Assembly: GCA_963836075.1 (NCBI GenBank)
Contig: CAWIIB010000009.1
Coordinates: 1,888,001 to 1,952,000, forward strand
Source of the DNA: an uncultured Acidobacteriota bacterium
GTDB taxonomy: Bacteria; Acidobacteriota; JAQAZP01
Direction of reading: 5' to 3'
DNA: 64,000 nucleotides
Shown here: positions 60,236 through 64,000 of the stretch, piece by piece
How positions within the stretch are numbered: position 1 is the first letter of the stretch
How the letters are laid out: each line of letters opens with the position of its first letter
Translations under genes and position numbers: made by a program
The notes under the pieces: model-generated
Database searches by the model: none
What the model saw: only the letters and a program-made list of their open reading frames with translations
What the model was told of the DNA's origin: nothing

Positions 60236-62263
60236 TTATTTCTTGAACGCCTGTCCCACCGCTTCGGCCACCAGTTTCTCGTCCGCCGCGGAGGGCAGGG
60301 TGACGTTCATGTCCGGCTCGGCCTCCATGGCCCGGCCGGCGGCGTAGACGGCGCCGTCGTTGCCGGCCCAGGCCCGGCGGGCCAGGCCGTTGGAGACGTC
60401 CCAGGAGAGCATGGCTTTGGCCCGGCGCGCGGCGTCGTCGGTGCCGTCCAGCACCATACCGAAACCGCCGTTGATCACCTCGCCCCAGCCCACGCCGCCG
60501 CCGTTGTGCAGCGAGACCCAGGTGGCGCCGCGGAAGCCGTCGCCGATGAAGTTCTGCACGGCCATGTCGGCGCAGAACATGGAGCCGTCACGGATGTTGG
60601 CCGTCTCGCGGTAGGGTGAGTCGGTGCCCGAGACGTCGTGGTGGTCGCGGCCCAGCACCACAGGGGCAGAGACCACGCCGTCGGCGATGGCCTTGTTGAA
60701 GGCCAGGGCGATGTCGATGCGGCCCTGGCGGTCGGCGTAGAGGATCCGCGCCTGGGAGCCCACCACCATCTTGTTGCGGCCCGCCTCGCGGATCCAGTGC
60801 ACGTTGTCCAGCATCTGCTGCCTGATCCGCGGGTCGGCGGTCTTTGCCGTCTCCTCGAGGATGCCGGCCGAGATCTCGTCGGTTCTGGCCAGGTCATTGG
60901 GGTTGCAGGAGGTGCAGACCCAGCGGAAGGGGCCGAAGCCATAGTCGAAACACATCGGCCCCATGATGTCTTCCACGTACGAGGGGTAGGCGAAGGTGCC
61001 GTCGGGCCTGAGCAGCCCTTTGGCCCCGGCCCGGGAGGCCTCCAGCAGGAAGGCGTTGCCGTAGTCCCAGAAGTGCATCCCCCGCTCGGCCATCCTGTCG
61101 ATGGCCCCCATCTGGCGGCGCAGCGACTCGTAGACCTTTTCCTTGAACCCGGCCGGGTCGTCCACCATCATGCGGTTCGACTGCTCGTAGGTCAGCCCCG
61201 CCGGGTAGTAACCGCCGGTGAAGGGGATGTGCAGCGAGGTCTGGTCGCTGCCCATCTCCACCTCCATCCCGGCCTCGGCCATCCGTTCCCAGAGATCCAC
61301 CACGTTCCCCAGGTAGCCGAGGGAAACCGGTTTCTTTTCCTTCCGCGCCCGCTCGATGCGCAGCAGCATCCTGTCAAGGTCTTCCTCGTACTCGTCGAGC
61401 CAGCCCTGCTCGTGCCGTTTCTTCAGCGCCAGCGGGTTGATCTCGGCGATCACCCCCACTGCACCGGCGATCACCGAGGCCTTGGCCTGGGCCCCGCTCA
61501 TCCCGCCCAGACCCGAGGTGACATAGATCTTGCCCTCCAGGCCTTCACCGGGCCCCAGTTTGAGGTAGTGCCGGCCGGCGTTGAGCAAGGTGATGGTGGT
61601 GCCGTGGACGATGCCCTGGGGCCCGATATACATGAAGCTGCCTGCGGTCATCTGGCCGTACATCGTCACACCCAGGGAAGACATCCGGGTGTAGTCGTCG
61701 TGGCTCGAGTGGTTGGGGATCACCATGCCGTTGGTCACCACCACCCGCGGAGCGTCGGGGTGCGAGGGGAAGAGGCCCAGGGGATGGCCCGAGTACATCA
61801 CCAGGGTCTGCCGGTTGGTCATCTCCGAGAGATACTTCATCACCAGCAGATACTGGGCCCAGTTCTGGAACACCGTGCCGTTGCCGCCGTAGGTGATCAG
61901 TTCGTAGGGGTGCTGGGCCACCCGCTTGTCCAGGTTGTTCTGGATCATCACCATGATCGCCTGGGCCTGGCGGCACTTCGCGGGATACTCGTCGATGGGC
62001 CGGGCATGCATCTCGTAGGCCGGACGAAAACGGCGCATGTAGATCCGGCCGTCCTCGGCCAGCTCGCTGGCGAACTCGGGCGCCAACTGGCTGTGCATCG
62101 ATGCCGGGAAGTAGCGCAGGGCGTTCTTCACCGCCAGCGCTTTCTCCGCGTCGCTGAGCAGCATCGGCCGGGCCGGGGCGTGGTTGATGTCCGGCTCCTC
62201 GGCCGGCATGGGCGGGATTGCCTGCGGGATTCCGGCGGCCACCACCTTCTGGAAATCACTCAT
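60236..62263 (-). CDS. hutU: Urocanate hydratase (long ~675-aa form)
   Basis: ELITYGGNG, GQMTAGSFMYIGPQGIVHGT, GLGGMSGAQ, SDQTS, GRDHHD, LHNGGGVG. Confidence 0.95.
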   Translation of the reverse strand: MSDFQKVVAAGIPQAIPPMPAEEPDINHAPARPMLLSDAEKALAVKNALRYFPASMHSQLAPEFASELAEDGRIYMRRFRPAYEMHARPIDEYPAKCRQAQAIMVMIQNNLDKRVAQHPYELITYGGNGTVFQNWAQYLLVMKYLSEMTNRQTLVMYSGHPLGLFPSHPDAPRVVVTNGMVIPNHSSHDDYTRMSSLGVTMYGQMTAGSFMYIGPQGIVHGTTITLLNAGRHYLKLGPGEGLEGKIYVTSGLGGMSGAQAKASVIAGAVGVIAEINPLALKKRHEQGWLDEYEEDLDRMLLRIERARKEKKPVSLGYLGNVVDLWERMAEAGMEVEMGSDQTSLHIPFTGGYYPAGLTYEQSNRMMVDDPAGFKEKVYESLRRQMGAIDRMAERGMHFWDYGNAFLLEASRAGAKGLLRPDGTFAYPSYVEDIMGPMCFDYGFGPFRWVCTSCNPNDLARTDEISAGILEETAKTADPRIRQQMLDNVHWIREAGRNKMVVGSQARILYADRQGRIDIALAFNKAIADGVVSAPVVLGRDHHDVSGTDSPYRETANIRDGSMFCADMAVQNFIGDGFRGATWVSLHNGGGVGWGEVINGGFGMVLDGTDDAARRAKAMLSWDVSNGLARRAWAGNDGAVYAAGRAMEAEPDMNVTLPSAADEKLVAEAVGQAFKK

Positions 62264-62510
62264 ATCGTCCTCCGCGATCTTTTTAAAGATGCGCTGTCGC
62301 ACCAAAGTATCCCCGCTGCAGCCGCAGAATCGGCCCGCACGGCCACATTATCGGTTCCGATCCGGGAAAGCGTCAAGACAATCCTTGACTCTTGCGGGAC
62401 AAAGGGCGCAGAGTGGACAAGGGTGGATGTCCACCAGCCTCGATGATCTTCGACGGGTGGGAGGCGGATGGCGGAACCGGGGGCAGTACGATCGCACGCG
62501 AGATCCGGGC

Positions 62511-64000
62511 ATGATCGGTCAAGCAACCACTCTCGGCATCGACGTGGGGTCTGTTGCCGTCGCCGTGGCTGAGACCAGCCTCGAACGCGAGGTTCTGCAC
62601 ACCGCCTACCGCCTGCACCACGGCCGCGTGGCCGAAACGTTCAGCGACCTGCTGGGCGAGTTCGATACTGGCCGGGTCAGCTGGACCGGCGCCACCTCCT
62701 CCACACCGCCGCTCTTTGTGCCGGACCGGCGCTACGACAACCGGCTGGCCATAATCGAGGCCGCTCGCCATCTCCACACTCGTATCGGGTCGATCCTGGT
62801 GGTGGGTGGCGAGGAGTTCGGCCTGATCGGCTTTGACCGGGACGGCCGCTACCGCAGCTTCAAAACCAACACCGGCTGTGCCGCCGGTACCGGCAGTTTC
62901 CTTGACCAGCAGGCCCGGCGGCTCCACCTGGGGAGTTCGGCCGAACTGGGCGAGCTGGCCTGCCGCAACCAGGGGTTTGTGCCGAAGATCGCCTCCCGTT
63001 GCGCCGTCTTCGCCAAGACCGACCTGGTCCACGCCCAGCAGGAGGGATACTCGCTGGAGCAGATCTGCGACGGCCTCTGCCGCGGCCTGGCCCGTAACAT
63101 CGTCGATACCCTCGCCATGGAGCGGGATCTGGCCGCTCCCGTGATTTTCACCGGCGGCGTCTCCCGCAACCGGGCAGTGGTTCGCCACCTCGAATCGATC
63201 ACCGGGACGGAACTGTTGGTCGATCCCACGACTGTTTATGGCGCCATCGGCGCGGCCTTCCTCCTGGCCACCGAAATTGAGCGGGATGGGCTCGGGGCCG
63301 GCAAACCCCTCTCCGGCCTGCTGGTTCGCCGGCCGGCCCGGCGGCGCTACGTTCACCCGCCGCTAAAGCTGGAGCGCAGCCGGCACCCGGATTTCGGCGG
63401 GGCCGAGCAGCATGAATTCACTCCGAACGGGTCCGGACCGGAGGACGCGGTGGAGGTTACGCACTACGAAACGCTGGACGGAGCAGGGGCGCCAGACGTC
63501 TGTCTCGGCCTGGACATCGGTTCCACCAGCACCAAGGCAGTGCTCCTTGGCCCCGGGCGGAAAGTCCTTGCCGGTCTCTATACCGGCACCGCCGGCCGGC
63601 CGGTAGCTGCTGTCCAGCGGATCCTCGCCTCCATCGAGGACCTGGCTGGCAGCGAGGCCGTGGGACTGCGAATCACCGGTTGCGCCATCACCGGGGCGGG
63701 GCGCAGTTTCGGCGGGCGGATCGTGGGCGCCGACCTTGTGCTCGACGAGATCACCGCCCACGCTTGTGCGGCCCGGCACCTCGATCCGGAGGTGGACACG
63801 ATCTTCGAGATCGGCGGCCAGGACTCGAAGTTCACCACCCTGCAGAACGGGCGGGTCACCTTCTCCGCCATGAACACGGTCTGCGCGGCGGGGACCGGCA
63901 GTTTCATCGAGGAGCAGGCACGCAAACTGGACTGCACCCTGGGCGAATACGCCGCGCGAAGCGAAAACCAGCCCTCGCCGATGGTCAGCGACCGCTGCAC
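62511..64000 (+). CDS. Acyl-CoA dehydratase activase (tandem BadF/BcrA-type ATPase domains), runs off window end
   Basis: Not in ORF track. Manual translation gives LGIDVGS, CAAGTGSFLDQQA, RCAVFAKTD, GLDIGSTSTK, EIGGQDSK, MNTVCAAGTGSFIEEQA. Confidence 0.9.
   Translation, partial: MIGQATTLGIDVGSVAVAVAETSLEREVLHTAYRLHHGRVAETFSDLLGEFDTGRVSWTGATSSTPPLFVPDRRYDNRLAIIEAARHLHTRIGSILVVGGEEFGLIGFDRDGRYRSFKTNTGCAAGTGSFLDQQARRLHLGSSAELGELACRNQGFVPKIASRCAVFAKTDLVHAQQEGYSLEQICDGLCRGLARNIVDTLAMERDLAAPVIFTGGVSRNRAVVRHLESITGTELLVDPTTVYGAIGAAFLLATEIERDGLGAGKPLSGLLVRRPARRRYVHPPLKLERSRHPDFGGAEQHEFTPNGSGPEDAVEVTHYETLDGAGAPDVCLGLDIGSTSTKAVLLGPGRKVLAGLYTGTAGRPVAAVQRILASIEDLAGSEAVGLRITGCAITGAGRSFGGRIVGADLVLDEITAHACAARHLDPEVDTIFEIGGQDSKFTTLQNGRVTFSAMNTVCAAGTGSFIEEQARKLDCTLGEYAARSENQPSPMVSDRC

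Overview
Bacterial genomic window, GC-rich overall. Gene content suggests an anaerobe or facultative anaerobe with a Gram-negative envelope; taxonomy cannot be fixed from the sequence. It has four parts. (1) 1-21 kb: a dense sigma54 regulon with seven GG-N10-GC promoters, two enhancer-binding proteins (PAS-type and XylR/V4R-type) and two recurring palindromic upstream motifs read directly from the sequence. It covers a radical SAM/thioesterase/patatin/aminotransferase operon, an orphan PTS enzyme I operon, two proteins sharing a small Cys-rich domain I cannot name, a STAS protein, three RsbRD-N-like paralogs, a Na+-pumping acyl-CoA decarboxylase (mmdADCB order) and a coupled pair of apparent pseudoenzymes (crotonase-like and FolE2-like). 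(2) 21-26.6 kb: sucA-sucB-lpdA. (3) 26.4-48.8 kb: an accessory mosaic built around copies and remnants of sucB/lpdA. It holds IS91- and IS3-family fragments, a 35-bp repeat family, a putative TA pair, a cell-envelope cluster (two L,D-transpeptidases, PliG-like, two META proteins, MscS), kinases and radical SAM/SPASM genes. (4) 49-64 kb: Mn/Zn ABC transporter, PadR, B12 radical SAM, outer-membrane proteins, a cytochrome c/beta-barrel fusion with a pentaheme cytochrome, hutU and a partial acyl-CoA dehydratase activase. No rRNA, tRNA or CRISPR array was seen. All family calls are by motif recognition, without database searches.
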